From an uncultured Clostridia bacterium (GTDB lineage: Bacteria; Bacillota; Clostridia; TANB77; CAG-508): a DNA stretch of 64,000 nt. The notes below the pieces were generated by a model. That model searched no databases, had not been told where the DNA came from, and saw only the letters and a program-made list of their open reading frames with translations. The stretch covers positions 33,420 to 97,419 of the forward strand of contig CAKOWW010000004.1 in the NCBI GenBank assembly GCA_934129785.1. The letters are read 5' to 3'. The position numbers were made by a program, and so were the translations under genes. Shown here one piece after another: positions 54,070 through 62,739 of the stretch (position 1 is its first letter; every line of letters starts with the position of its first letter).

Positions 54070-55761
54070 TTATTTTTTAAAAAACTTGTTAAATATTCCA
54101 CCTTTATTTGTGTCATTTTTACTATTTTTCTTTATTCCTTTTTTTCTACTATTTTTTATTATTTGATCAATTTTGTCTTCTACAAGCTCATCATTATTTT
54201 CATTGTCAATTACCACATCTTCTTCATCATCATCGTCATCATCATACTCGTCATCATCATACTCATCGTCATCATACTCATCGTCATCATACTCGTCGTC
54301 ATCATACTCGTCGTCATCATACTCATCATCATCGTAATCGTCGTCATCGTACTCATCGTCATCGTACTCATCGTCATTGTACTCATCGTCATCGTATTCA
54401 TCGTCGTCGTATTCATCGTCGTCATACTCATCGTCATCATAATCGTCGTCATCATCTTTATAATAATAATCGTCGTCATCAATTTCATCATTAGCAATAT
54501 TTTTATATTCATTTTCTTCTTTTATTTGTGGTAAAATAAAGGTTTCTTCTGGCTCTTCTTCTATTTTATATTCTGATAAATCTCTTCCTATCTTTTCTGT
54601 TACTTCTTCTTGAAATACATTATATATATTTTTTATTCCTTCTATTCTCCAATAATTTGAATTTATAACTGTTACTGCTTTTGCTTTTATATTTGTTACT
54701 TCTTCTTCAAAGTCCTTTTCTTTTTCTTCAATATTTTTAAGATATGTTTTATTATATAGTTCTTTATATGCTTTTTTTGTTGCTTTGCCTGCAGTTTCTC
54801 TTTCTAGCAACTCATATAGGTTTTCTATTTGTTTTATATCTACATCAAAATTTTCGCATGCTTCTTTCATCAGTTTTTCATGAGCTTTTTTGCCATTTAT
54901 AACTGTCATTCTTTCATTGTCTAAAAATCCTACTATGTATTCTTTTTCTGCCCTTAAAAATAATAATTTTACGGTAGCATCTCTATAAAGCTTTTCTGCT
55001 CTTGACAATTTTATATCTTCGTTATTTAAGTCATTTAATAATTTTCTAGTTTTATCAAAAATTTTCAAATATAATTCTGCTTCTTGTTTGGCTATTTTCA
55101 TTCTTCTGTCAACAGCTTTTTCTATCACCTCTTGATTAAACGGTATTTTTTCATTTTTCCCATTCCTAATCATTGCATTTATGACATCTTGTTTTATATT
55201 TTCATTATTAGCTTCTACAAAATTTTTCATTCTTTTTGCATCTTCTATATTTATATTTTCGAAAAATTTATTTGCATCTTCTACGCTTTTCATATGTTCT
55301 GTTTCTGCTGTTCTTCTATTTCGTGCATATTTGTTTCTTTCTTTTTGTCTTTGTGTAAATATAACTAGAGATTTTACGTAACTTTCTCTTAGTTCTCTCA
55401 TTTTTTCGTTGTTTTTTTCTAGTACATTTTCTATTTTTTGTAGCTTTATATCTAATGTATTTGGATTTTCTCCTAAATCGCTAAATATTTTATTTCTTTC
55501 ATTTTCAAGTTCTATATTTGATTCGTGCAATTTTGCTTGTTTGGCTTGCATTGTTTCGATTTCATTTGCTATTTCATCAAATTTTAAAATTATTTTTTCT
55601 TCTTCATCTGTTGTTTTTTGATATTCTTTTATTTCTTGTATTATGGTTCCATAATTTTCATAATTTGTTTTCAAGTTGTTTTCTTTTGTAAATCCAAAAA
55701 TCTTTTCAAAGTATCTCTCTAAGACAATTGCACTTCTTTCATACATTTTATGAGCCCCCAT
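54070..55761 (-). CDS. coiled-coil protein with a hyperacidic (DDDEY)n tract and a basic tail
   Basis: The 563-aa product has a K/E-rich helical N-terminal 420 aa, then an Asp/Glu/Tyr repeat of about 85 residues, then KKGIKKNSKNDTNKGGIFNKFFKK. Confidence 0.7.
   Translation of the reverse strand: MGAHKMYERSAIVLERYFEKIFGFTKENNLKTNYENYGTIIQEIKEYQKTTDEEEKIILKFDEIANEIETMQAKQAKLHESNIELENERNKIFSDLGENPNTLDIKLQKIENVLEKNNEKMRELRESYVKSLVIFTQRQKERNKYARNRRTAETEHMKSVEDANKFFENINIEDAKRMKNFVEANNENIKQDVINAMIRNGKNEKIPFNQEVIEKAVDRRMKIAKQEAELYLKIFDKTRKLLNDLNNEDIKLSRAEKLYRDATVKLLFLRAEKEYIVGFLDNERMTVINGKKAHEKLMKEACENFDVDIKQIENLYELLERETAGKATKKAYKELYNKTYLKNIEEKEKDFEEEVTNIKAKAVTVINSNYWRIEGIKNIYNVFQEEVTEKIGRDLSEYKIEEEPEETFILPQIKEENEYKNIANDEIDDDDYYYKDDDDDYDDDEYDDDEYDDDEYDDDEYNDDEYDDDEYDDDDYDDDEYDDDEYDDDEYDDDEYDDDEYDDDEYDDDDDDEEDVVIDNENNDELVEDKIDQIIKNSRKKGIKKNSKNDTNKGGIFNKFFKK
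54226..54480 (-). repeat. in-frame 15-nt tandem repeat encoding (Y/E)DDDE units
   Basis: On the plus strand, units like CATCATACTCGTCGT / CATCGTACTCATCGT recur about 16-17 times with synonymous and near-synonymous variation. Confidence 0.85.
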
Positions 55762-55854
55762 TTTTCTACAATTTTCTCTATTATATAAGATATATGCTAA
55801 AAAGTCTAGCTTTTACTAGACTTTTCATTATATTTTGTTACTGGTTTATGGGTT

Positions 55855-55943
55855 TGATAAAATTTTCAAGAGAAATCCTTGATATATAAGCTTTGAATGA
55901 AATGACGAATGCGAATGAAAAAATTTTAGAAATTCTATGCAGT
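55855..55943. repeat. single-unit copy of the intergenic element seen at 11511-11720
   Basis: TTTGATAAAATTTTCAAGAGAAATCCTTGATATATAAGCTTTGAATGAAATGACGAATGCGAATGAAAAAATTTTAGAAATTCTATGCAGT matches the left terminus and the reverse complement of the right arm of the 11.5-kb copy, with a few substitutions. Confidence 0.8.
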
Positions 55944-55957
55944 GTACCAACTATATT

Positions 55958-57043
55958 TTATCTTTTAATTCTAGGCCTTTTTATTGTAATTTGGTCTTTT
56001 CCAATTCTAAAAAGCTCATTTACTGTTCTTATCACCATTTCTTTACTTTTAGGATCTAAATTTTGATATGTTGATATCATTATCTTAGCACTTGAAAACC
56101 AGTTACTACTTATTTCAGACATAGTTTCTGCTTTTGTTGCATTTAAAATTTCGAACAAAGTATCAAAAAAATTACTTCTCTGCTCTGGACTAACTTCTTT
56201 TAACCAGTTTGTAATTGTCTTATCTATAAACTCACTTGAATTTGTTAAATTTGTTTCAACAAACTTGTCTCCCAATACTTGCCATGAATATAAATCATGT
56301 TGCATTATTCCAGTTTGAGTACTTTTTAATATTGTTGTTTTTTCTTCATGATTTAACAATCTTCCTATTATTGAAGTTTGTGGTATGTATGTATGAACCC
56401 TGTCTAATATTTGTTTATATTCTTTGCTATTTACAATCTTATCGCAAAATCCAGGTCCATCATTATTATAAACATTTACAATTCTTTTTTTAGTTTTTTC
56501 ACTGCAAAATGCTGATGCATATACAGCTAAGTTTCCGCCTTTTGAATGTCCACCAACTCGTATTTTTCCTTTATATTTTTTTGCTATTTTTTCTAAATAT
56601 TCCACTGCATCTGTCTGTGCTGGCACAAGTTCACTAAAACTCATATTAAAATCTTCTTTCCAGCCCACTATGGTGTTATCTGTTCCTCTATATGCCACAT
56701 ATATTGTATCATCAGGCATTAATATTGTTATTGCTGAAAATTGTTTTTCCTCTTTAAAGTCGATTTTATTTACATAGTCTGTAACTTGCATTTTTCCAAA
56801 TCTTACACTGTTTGCCAAAACTGGAAATAATTTTTTATCATCACTTATTAAAATTTTTCCTTCATTGTCTATTTTTTTATACCTTTCATATGCCTCTTTT
56901 ATTGTAATTATTTCATTTTCTTCAATTGCTCCATCAAATGGAAAGTATGACAAACGTGCTAATATTAAATTATCTATTTCATTAAATTCTACTTTTTCTA
57001 ATGATATATCTCTCCAGTCCATATAATCAAATATATTTGCCAT
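55958..57043 (-). CDS. DUF2974 (Mbeg1-like) alpha/beta hydrolase
   Basis: MANIFDYMDWRDISLEKVEFNEIDNLILARLSYFPFDG is the typical Mbeg1-like N-terminus. The nucleophile elbow is GGHSKGG. Confidence 0.75.
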   Translation of the reverse strand: MANIFDYMDWRDISLEKVEFNEIDNLILARLSYFPFDGAIEENEIITIKEAYERYKKIDNEGKILISDDKKLFPVLANSVRFGKMQVTDYVNKIDFKEEKQFSAITILMPDDTIYVAYRGTDNTIVGWKEDFNMSFSELVPAQTDAVEYLEKIAKKYKGKIRVGGHSKGGNLAVYASAFCSEKTKKRIVNVYNNDGPGFCDKIVNSKEYKQILDRVHTYIPQTSIIGRLLNHEEKTTILKSTQTGIMQHDLYSWQVLGDKFVETNLTNSSEFIDKTITNWLKEVSPEQRSNFFDTLFEILNATKAETMSEISSNWFSSAKIMISTYQNLDPKSKEMVIRTVNELFRIGKDQITIKRPRIKR

Positions 57044-57064
57044 TTTAATTGCTCCTTTTTACTT

Positions 57065-57955
57065 TTAGTTTTCTTTTACAAATTCAATTATTTGTTCAGC
57101 TAATATTTCATGCTTACCAGCATAACTATGGTCTGCTCCATCTATATAATCTATATCTTTGTTTTTATTTTCAAGTTTGTTACTTACTATTGACACTAAT
57201 TCATCAGCTTTTTGTAAAATCATTTCATTCACATTTCCCCATCTCATAAATAATGGCTTATCAATTTTGTTTAGTATTTCTAAATTGCTATCTTCACTGT
57301 AATTTGCAAAATTAATTGATTGGTTGTCTCTAGCATATCTTAAAAAACTTTTTACACTTATTGGGTGAATAAATGATTCTTTTGGCATTAGGTGCATCTC
57401 CTTGCCTTCTTGTTCCTTTTCTTCAGCTAGTCTTAAATAACTTGTATAATTTTCCCTTAAATAAATTTTTATAGCTGTTGGTATGTCTATTAGTGAAAGC
57501 AATATTATTCCTTTTATGCATTCTAAAATATCGTTTTCTTGTTCTTCTTGTAATTCATTATATGTGTATACTATTTTTGTACAACCTAAACTATGTCCTT
57601 GTAAGTATATTTTAGTATATCCCATTTCTTTAAGCTTTATTATTGCTCCTACTATGTCTTCATATCCTTCTGTTACATCTTCATATGAAGTTCCCGCTAG
57701 CATTTTTTCTTTTCCATTTCCAGTGTCTTTTTCAATGTATTTTACAAGTTCGCTTCCCCTGTTATTAAAGCAAAAATAGTCTATTCCATTTTCATTTGTT
57801 TTTTTTGCTATTGTTGTTTCTCTTTCTTTTAAACAATTACTGCTCATTCCATGTACTGATAATATTATTTTTTCACTTTTTTGATTGCTTTCAGATTGAT
57901 ATAAAAATCCATTTAGTTTTACACCATCTGTTGCAATAAAGTTTACTCTTTTCAT
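57065..57955 (-). CDS. alpha/beta hydrolase
   Basis: The product is 296 aa with a GHSLG nucleophile elbow (YLQGHSLGCTK) and a C-terminal ...DGADHSY with the catalytic His. Confidence 0.7.
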   Translation of the reverse strand: MKRVNFIATDGVKLNGFLYQSESNQKSEKIILSVHGMSSNCLKERETTIAKKTNENGIDYFCFNNRGSELVKYIEKDTGNGKEKMLAGTSYEDVTEGYEDIVGAIIKLKEMGYTKIYLQGHSLGCTKIVYTYNELQEEQENDILECIKGIILLSLIDIPTAIKIYLRENYTSYLRLAEEKEQEGKEMHLMPKESFIHPISVKSFLRYARDNQSINFANYSEDSNLEILNKIDKPLFMRWGNVNEMILQKADELVSIVSNKLENKNKDIDYIDGADHSYAGKHEILAEQIIEFVKEN

Positions 57956-58121
57956 TTTTATTACCTTCCTTTTTTGGAGTTTCTACATGCTTATTATATA
58001 CTAACTTTTTATAAGTTTCAACAAATATTTCTTTGAAAATAATATAGATTTTTATTTATAAATATGAATAAATTAATATTAGAATTCCTAAACTAGATTT
58101 AAAAATTTGCATAAAAAAATA

Positions 58122-58470
58122 GAGTAAATCTGTAAGCCGGGTTCTGTCTTTCAAAATAGTCATTTATCTAGAATAAGTATTGCTACTTATTTCAAGCCAC
58201 TCAGGTAAAGAAGGCGCCGAGCAGGCTTAATCTTCTTCATTTAGGTGTTGCTCCAGATGGGGTTTACACTGACCCATTATGTCACCATAACGGCGGTGAG
58301 CTCTTACCTCGCCTTTTCACCCTTACCTTGAAAAACAAGGCGGTTATTTTCTGTTGCACTTTCCTTAAGGTCACCCTCACTAGACGTTATCTAGCATCTT
58401 TGCTCTATGGAGCCCGGACTTTCCTCTCGTAAATCCTTTCGGATTTTACCAGCGACTATTCAATTTACTC
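58122..58470 (-). ncRNA. rnpB: RNase P RNA
   Basis: The minus strand reads GAGTAAAT...GAGAGGAAAGTCCGGGCTCCATAGAGCAAAG...GGTAAGGGTGAAAAGG...GTAAGAGCTCACC...AGTGTAAACCCCATCTGGAGCAA...ACAGAACCCGGCTTACAGATTTACTC. These are the universally conserved P4 strands (GAGGAAAGTCCGGGC / ACAGAACCCGGCTTA). The P1 pairing GAGTAAAT / ATTTACTC defines the ends. Confidence 0.92.
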
Positions 58471-58484
58471 TATTTGCTATTATA

Positions 58485-59405
58485 TCATATATTATCAATC
58501 TCTTCTAGTAAATTTTGATATTTTATTAAAAAAACTGATGAATTTTTCAAATTAACAGCATTTTGTAATTCATTTAACATTACATAACATTTATTTACTC
58601 TATATTGTTTTGTTTTATCTATGCTTGTATTTGATAATAATTTAGAATAATTTTCTTCTGCCTGTTTCACATTTTGAGCTATTTCATCCCATTTATCTTG
58701 ATCTAATTTTGAATATGCCTTAAAAATTTCTGATTTTGTTTTTACTGCAATTTTTTCTATTTCATCATCTGTGACTTTTTCTATAAATTTAGGTATATAT
58801 TCATATATTTCACTTAATGTAGCTAAAGTTTCCTGCTTGTTTTCAGATTTTGCATTAATTGTTAATTGATCAAATTTTTTATTAAATCCTAGCACATCTT
58901 CTTTTGCTACATTTAATTTATATAAATCAATTGTTATTGTTGGTAAAGATAAATATAGTCCTTCCACTTCTGTTTTAATATTGTTCCAGTCTATTTGCTC
59001 TGTATTTGTTAATACTCCCGATTCTTCTAATTCATATTTTTCGCTGTTACTCGCTTCATTAGAATTTGTACCTTGATTTCCTGAGCTTCCACTTTGTTCA
59101 CTTGATATAGAATCTCCTGAACTTGAACTAGAACTTGAAGAGCCAGATGAATTTGATTCCCCTTGACTTTGTTTAGCTTCTGATTGTTCTGAAATTTCAC
59201 TTACAGATATATTATAATTCCTAGTTTCAATATTATTCATGTTATTAAATAATTTTTCTATTTTGCCTTCTAAAAACTCCACTTCTGAATTGCCTTTTTC
59301 TTTGTCTTCGTTTTTGTTTCCTTCACTTATATTTTGCCATAAAACTATTACTATTGTTATGACTACAATAATTAGAAACAAATATGCCATTTTTTTATAC
59401 TTCAT
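58485..59405 (-). CDS. membrane-anchored hypothetical protein with Ser-rich linker
   Basis: An N-terminal TM (AYLFLIIVVITIVIVLW) and a GESNSSGSSSSSSSSGDS linker precede a helical C-terminal domain. I recognise no family. Confidence 0.55.
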   Translation of the reverse strand: MKYKKMAYLFLIIVVITIVIVLWQNISEGNKNEDKEKGNSEVEFLEGKIEKLFNNMNNIETRNYNISVSEISEQSEAKQSQGESNSSGSSSSSSSSGDSISSEQSGSSGNQGTNSNEASNSEKYELEESGVLTNTEQIDWNNIKTEVEGLYLSLPTITIDLYKLNVAKEDVLGFNKKFDQLTINAKSENKQETLATLSEIYEYIPKFIEKVTDDEIEKIAVKTKSEIFKAYSKLDQDKWDEIAQNVKQAEENYSKLLSNTSIDKTKQYRVNKCYVMLNELQNAVNLKNSSVFLIKYQNLLEEIDNI

Positions 59406-59560
59406 AAAATTTTTTCCTCACTTCTTTTATTTGATTTAGTATATATGTATATCAACTTTTTACTAGTATTTACATTTTCTTTTTCATTTATTCCTTGTAT
59501 ATTTTTTTTCATATATTTAATACTAATAAATAAAAGATAATTTTACACAGGAGTTGTTTT

Positions 59561-59842
59561 ATGATTGCAACAATAAATTTATATAGCAACAAAAAAGGTG
59601 AACTAAATAGATTCTTAAGTAGTTTTTACAACACAGATTTAGAAATTGAAAATAATTTAAATTGGGAAAATAAATATAAAAATCCCATTGAACTAGCTGA
59701 TTTAATTGGTACATTTGTTGATAACAATGATGACTTTAATATTACTATGTGGATTTGTTTAGATAAGGATTTATTTATTCGTGTTACTGAAAAAAATGCG
59801 AATGATATAATAAAGTACTTATATGAAAGATTTCCATACTAA
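59561..59842 (+). CDS. hypothetical 93-aa protein
   Basis: RBS-like CAGGAG lies upstream of the ATG. The codon usage is consistent with its neighbours. I recognise no family. Confidence 0.45.
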   Translation: MIATINLYSNKKGELNRFLSSFYNTDLEIENNLNWENKYKNPIELADLIGTFVDNNDDFNITMWICLDKDLFIRVTEKNANDIIKYLYERFPY

Positions 59843-59933
59843 AATAAAAGAAAAAAATAGGCTAGTGTTTGAAGTAAATCCTCCTTGTTAAACTTTTTGT
59901 CTAACAATTTGGGTTTACTTCAAAAAAACTAGT

Positions 59934-60371
59934 CTATTTTTCTATTATAATTGTTACTGGTCCATCATTTAAAAGACTTACTTTCATATCTGCTCCGAAT
60001 ATTCCTTTTTCTACTTTTATATCATTTTTTTCGCATTCACTACAAAAATATTCATATAATTCATTTGCCTGTTCTGGCTTTGCAGCTTCAACAAATGATG
60101 GTCTATTTCCATCTTTGCAATTTGCATATAATGTAAATTGTGATACTATTAGGAGCTCTCCATTTACATCTTTTAGAGATAAATTCATTTTATCATTTTC
60201 ATCTGTAAATACTCTTAATTTGCATAATTTTTTTACTAAATAATCTGCATTTTCCTTGGTATCTTCATGTGTTACACCTACTAATACCAAAAAACCTTTT
60301 CCTATTTTTCCTACTACTTTTTTATCTACTTCAACTTGTGCATTTGCTACCCTTTGTACTACAATTTTCAT
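59934..60371 (-). CDS. dtd: D-aminoacyl-tRNA deacylase
   Basis: MKIVVQRV...GFLVLVGV...SQFTLYA...GNRPSF are canonical Dtd motifs. The product is 145 aa. Confidence 0.95.
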   Translation of the reverse strand: MKIVVQRVANAQVEVDKKVVGKIGKGFLVLVGVTHEDTKENADYLVKKLCKLRVFTDENDKMNLSLKDVNGELLIVSQFTLYANCKDGNRPSFVEAAKPEQANELYEYFCSECEKNDIKVEKGIFGADMKVSLLNDGPVTIIIEK

Positions 60372-60374
60372 TTA

Positions 60375-60962
60375 TTAATCTTCCTTTTCTTCGTTGTCCT
60401 TCACATATTCTACATTTGATTCTACTTCAACTGTTTTTTCTAAATTTTCTTTATGTTCATTATTTTCTACTTTTTCTTCACTTTCATTTGTCTTAGTTTC
60501 CTCATTCTCATCTGGTTTGCTTTCTTCATTTTGTGGTTTTTCAACTATCTCTACTTCTTTTGCTGGTTCTTCATCAATTTCTAATTTTTCCCCACAATTT
60601 GGACAAAAATTATCTTCTTTATTTACTTCTTTAAAACATTTTTTGCATTGTTTTTTATCTCTTAATTTCAAGCATTGAGCTGATAAATCGTCTATTTCAT
60701 CACTTAGCACATCTATTTGTGTGCATAACTCTTCTACCACTTCTTCATTTTCATATTTTTCTTTTAAAACATGTTTTTCATATATTTCTTTACCTATTTT
60801 TTGGTATAATCCATTTACTTGATTTTTTAGTTCACCAATTCTTAATTTCATTTTAGTTTCTTTTGCAATTTTTCCTGTTTTATCTGCAGTCACTTTATAT
60901 GCTTCAGAAGCTTTTTTACCTAACATATCTAAAAATTCCATAAATTTCTCCTTTAAATTCAA
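60375..60962 (-). CDS. zinc-ribbon domain protein with coiled-coil N-terminus and acidic tail
   Basis: It has the CKKCFKEVNKEDNFCPNCGEKL zinc ribbon. The product is 195 aa. Confidence 0.6.
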   Translation of the reverse strand: MNLKEKFMEFLDMLGKKASEAYKVTADKTGKIAKETKMKLRIGELKNQVNGLYQKIGKEIYEKHVLKEKYENEEVVEELCTQIDVLSDEIDDLSAQCLKLRDKKQCKKCFKEVNKEDNFCPNCGEKLEIDEEPAKEVEIVEKPQNEESKPDENEETKTNESEEKVENNEHKENLEKTVEVESNVEYVKDNEEKED

Positions 60963-61011
60963 TTTAAATAATTTATAACTTTTATTTTATTATTAGAAAT
61001 TTTATAAATAA

Positions 61012-61995
61012 TTATTCACTTTTTCCTTCTCTTGTCATCAAATTTTTTACTGCTGTTTTTGGATCTAACTCATTATATATTACTTCATATGCAGTTTCAA
61101 TTATTGGCATATAAGCATTTTGTCTTTTTCCTAATTCATAAGCTACATCTATATTGTCTATGCTTTCTATTACCATTCCAACTTCTTTTTTTGCTTCTTC
61201 TAATGTTTTTCCTTGACCTATTAATTTTCCTGCTTTTCTGTTTCTACTATGTTCGCTTAAGCAAGTTACAATTAAATCTCCTAAACCACTTAATCCATAA
61301 AAAGTTTCTTTTTTTCCACCAAGACTTACTCCTAGTCTAGAAATTTCTGTTAGTCCTCTTGTTATTAATGCTGCAAAGCTATTATCTCCAAGTCCTATTC
61401 CTGCAGCTACTCCGGTGCAAAATGCTATTATGTTTTTTAAAGCTCCACCTAATTCAACACCTTTTACATCATCTGTTGTATAAATTCTCATTTTTTCTGA
61501 CATAAATGTTTTTTGTATTAGATTTCTAACTTCTTCATGTTTTGATGCAACTACAAGTACTGTTGGTATTCCTATTGAAACTTCTTCTGCATGGCTTGGT
61601 CCACTTAAAACACCAACTTTTACACCTTCTAATTCTTCTTCAATAACCTCATCTAATGTTTTTAGTGTGTCTTTTTCAAATCCTTTTGAACATATTATTA
61701 CTGGTCTATTTCCTACATATTGTTTATATCCTTTAAATATATTTCTTGTAAATTTAGAAGGTGTAACATGTAAAATAATTTCACTTCCTTCTAATGCTTC
61801 TTCATATGTAGTATAACATTTTATATTTTCTGGTATTACTGCGTCTGGTAAAAACTTACACTTTTTATCTTCATTTATTATTCTTTTTTCTTCTTCATCA
61901 AATGACCATATTTTTACATTATGGCCTTCATTGGCTAGATATATAGAAAGTGCTACTCCCCAACTACCACTGCCTATTACTGTTATTGTTTTCAT
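61012..61995 (-). CDS. gpsA: NAD(P)H-dependent glycerol-3-phosphate dehydrogenase
   Basis: VIGSGSWGVALSIYLA...GPSHAEEV...GALKNIIA are GpsA motifs. Confidence 0.95.
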   Translation of the reverse strand: MKTITVIGSGSWGVALSIYLANEGHNVKIWSFDEEEKRIINEDKKCKFLPDAVIPENIKCYTTYEEALEGSEIILHVTPSKFTRNIFKGYKQYVGNRPVIICSKGFEKDTLKTLDEVIEEELEGVKVGVLSGPSHAEEVSIGIPTVLVVASKHEEVRNLIQKTFMSEKMRIYTTDDVKGVELGGALKNIIAFCTGVAAGIGLGDNSFAALITRGLTEISRLGVSLGGKKETFYGLSGLGDLIVTCLSEHSRNRKAGKLIGQGKTLEEAKKEVGMVIESIDNIDVAYELGKRQNAYMPIIETAYEVIYNELDPKTAVKNLMTREGKSE

Positions 61996-62077
61996 TTGGT
62001 TATATCTCCTTTGTTATTTCTTTTATTACACTCTTTTGTATTTTTATCTTTTTGCTTTATTTTTTATTTATCTTTCT

Positions 62078-62719
62078 CTATTTTTTTGAGCCTAATCTGT
62101 TTTCTGTTCCATTTAGTATTCTTTTAATATTACTTCTATGATTAAATAGAACAATTACTGCTAATATAATACTATAAACAAGATATGTTGTTCCCTTTTT
62201 GCCTGCTGTTAAAACTGTGTAGTTTTCATTTATAAACAATGTTAATACAGGAAATAATACTGCTGCTCCACATGAGCCTAAAGATACTATTCTTGTTAAT
62301 ATCATTAATACTAATGCAAATACCAAACAAATTAATCCTATTTGCCAGTTACTCATTAACAATACTCCTAAAGATGTTGCTACACCTTTTCCTCCTTTAA
62401 ATTGGAAAAATATTGGAAATGTATGTCCTATAACAACTGCTATCCCTGCTATTTGTACTAATAGTTCTTTATTTGCCCCCTGAATCATTTTTCCTAATAT
62501 TATTGCTATTGATATTGATATAACTCCTTTTAATATGTCACAAATTAGTGTTATTGCAGCAGCTTTTTTGCCTACTGAGCGTAGCATATTGGTGCTTCCT
62601 GCATTTCCACTTCCTTTTTCTCTTACATCAAATCCTGCCATTTTTTTACTTAATATTACTGAGAAGTTTACACTTCCTATTAAATACGCAATTATTGCCA
62701 TAATTATATATGTTGCCAT
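62078..62719 (-). CDS. plsY: glycerol-3-phosphate acyltransferase PlsY
   Basis: YLIGSVNFSVILSK...GSGNAGSTN...GGKGVAT are PlsY motifs. Synteny with gpsA and der supports the call. Confidence 0.95.
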   Translation of the reverse strand: MATYIIMAIIAYLIGSVNFSVILSKKMAGFDVREKGSGNAGSTNMLRSVGKKAAAITLICDILKGVISISIAIILGKMIQGANKELLVQIAGIAVVIGHTFPIFFQFKGGKGVATSLGVLLMSNWQIGLICLVFALVLMILTRIVSLGSCGAAVLFPVLTLFINENYTVLTAGKKGTTYLVYSIILAVIVLFNHRSNIKRILNGTENRLGSKK

Positions 62720-62739
62720 ATTATATCCCTTCTTTCGTT

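Noticed and set aside
54108-54534. His/Arg-rich and Ile/Val-rich ORFs (54108..54494 +, 54163..54534 +, 54210..54512 -) and the possibility of a CRISPR-like array
   Set aside because: The 15-nt periodicity is an in-frame coding repeat of the 563-aa minus-strand protein. There are no unique spacers, and the other frames are by-products of the repeat.
58122-58470. CCGG/CGG-containing GC-rich island in an otherwise ORF-free region as a possible mobile element or tRNA cluster
   Set aside because: The conserved P4 sequences identify it as RNase P RNA on the minus strand. No tRNA cloverleaf is evident.
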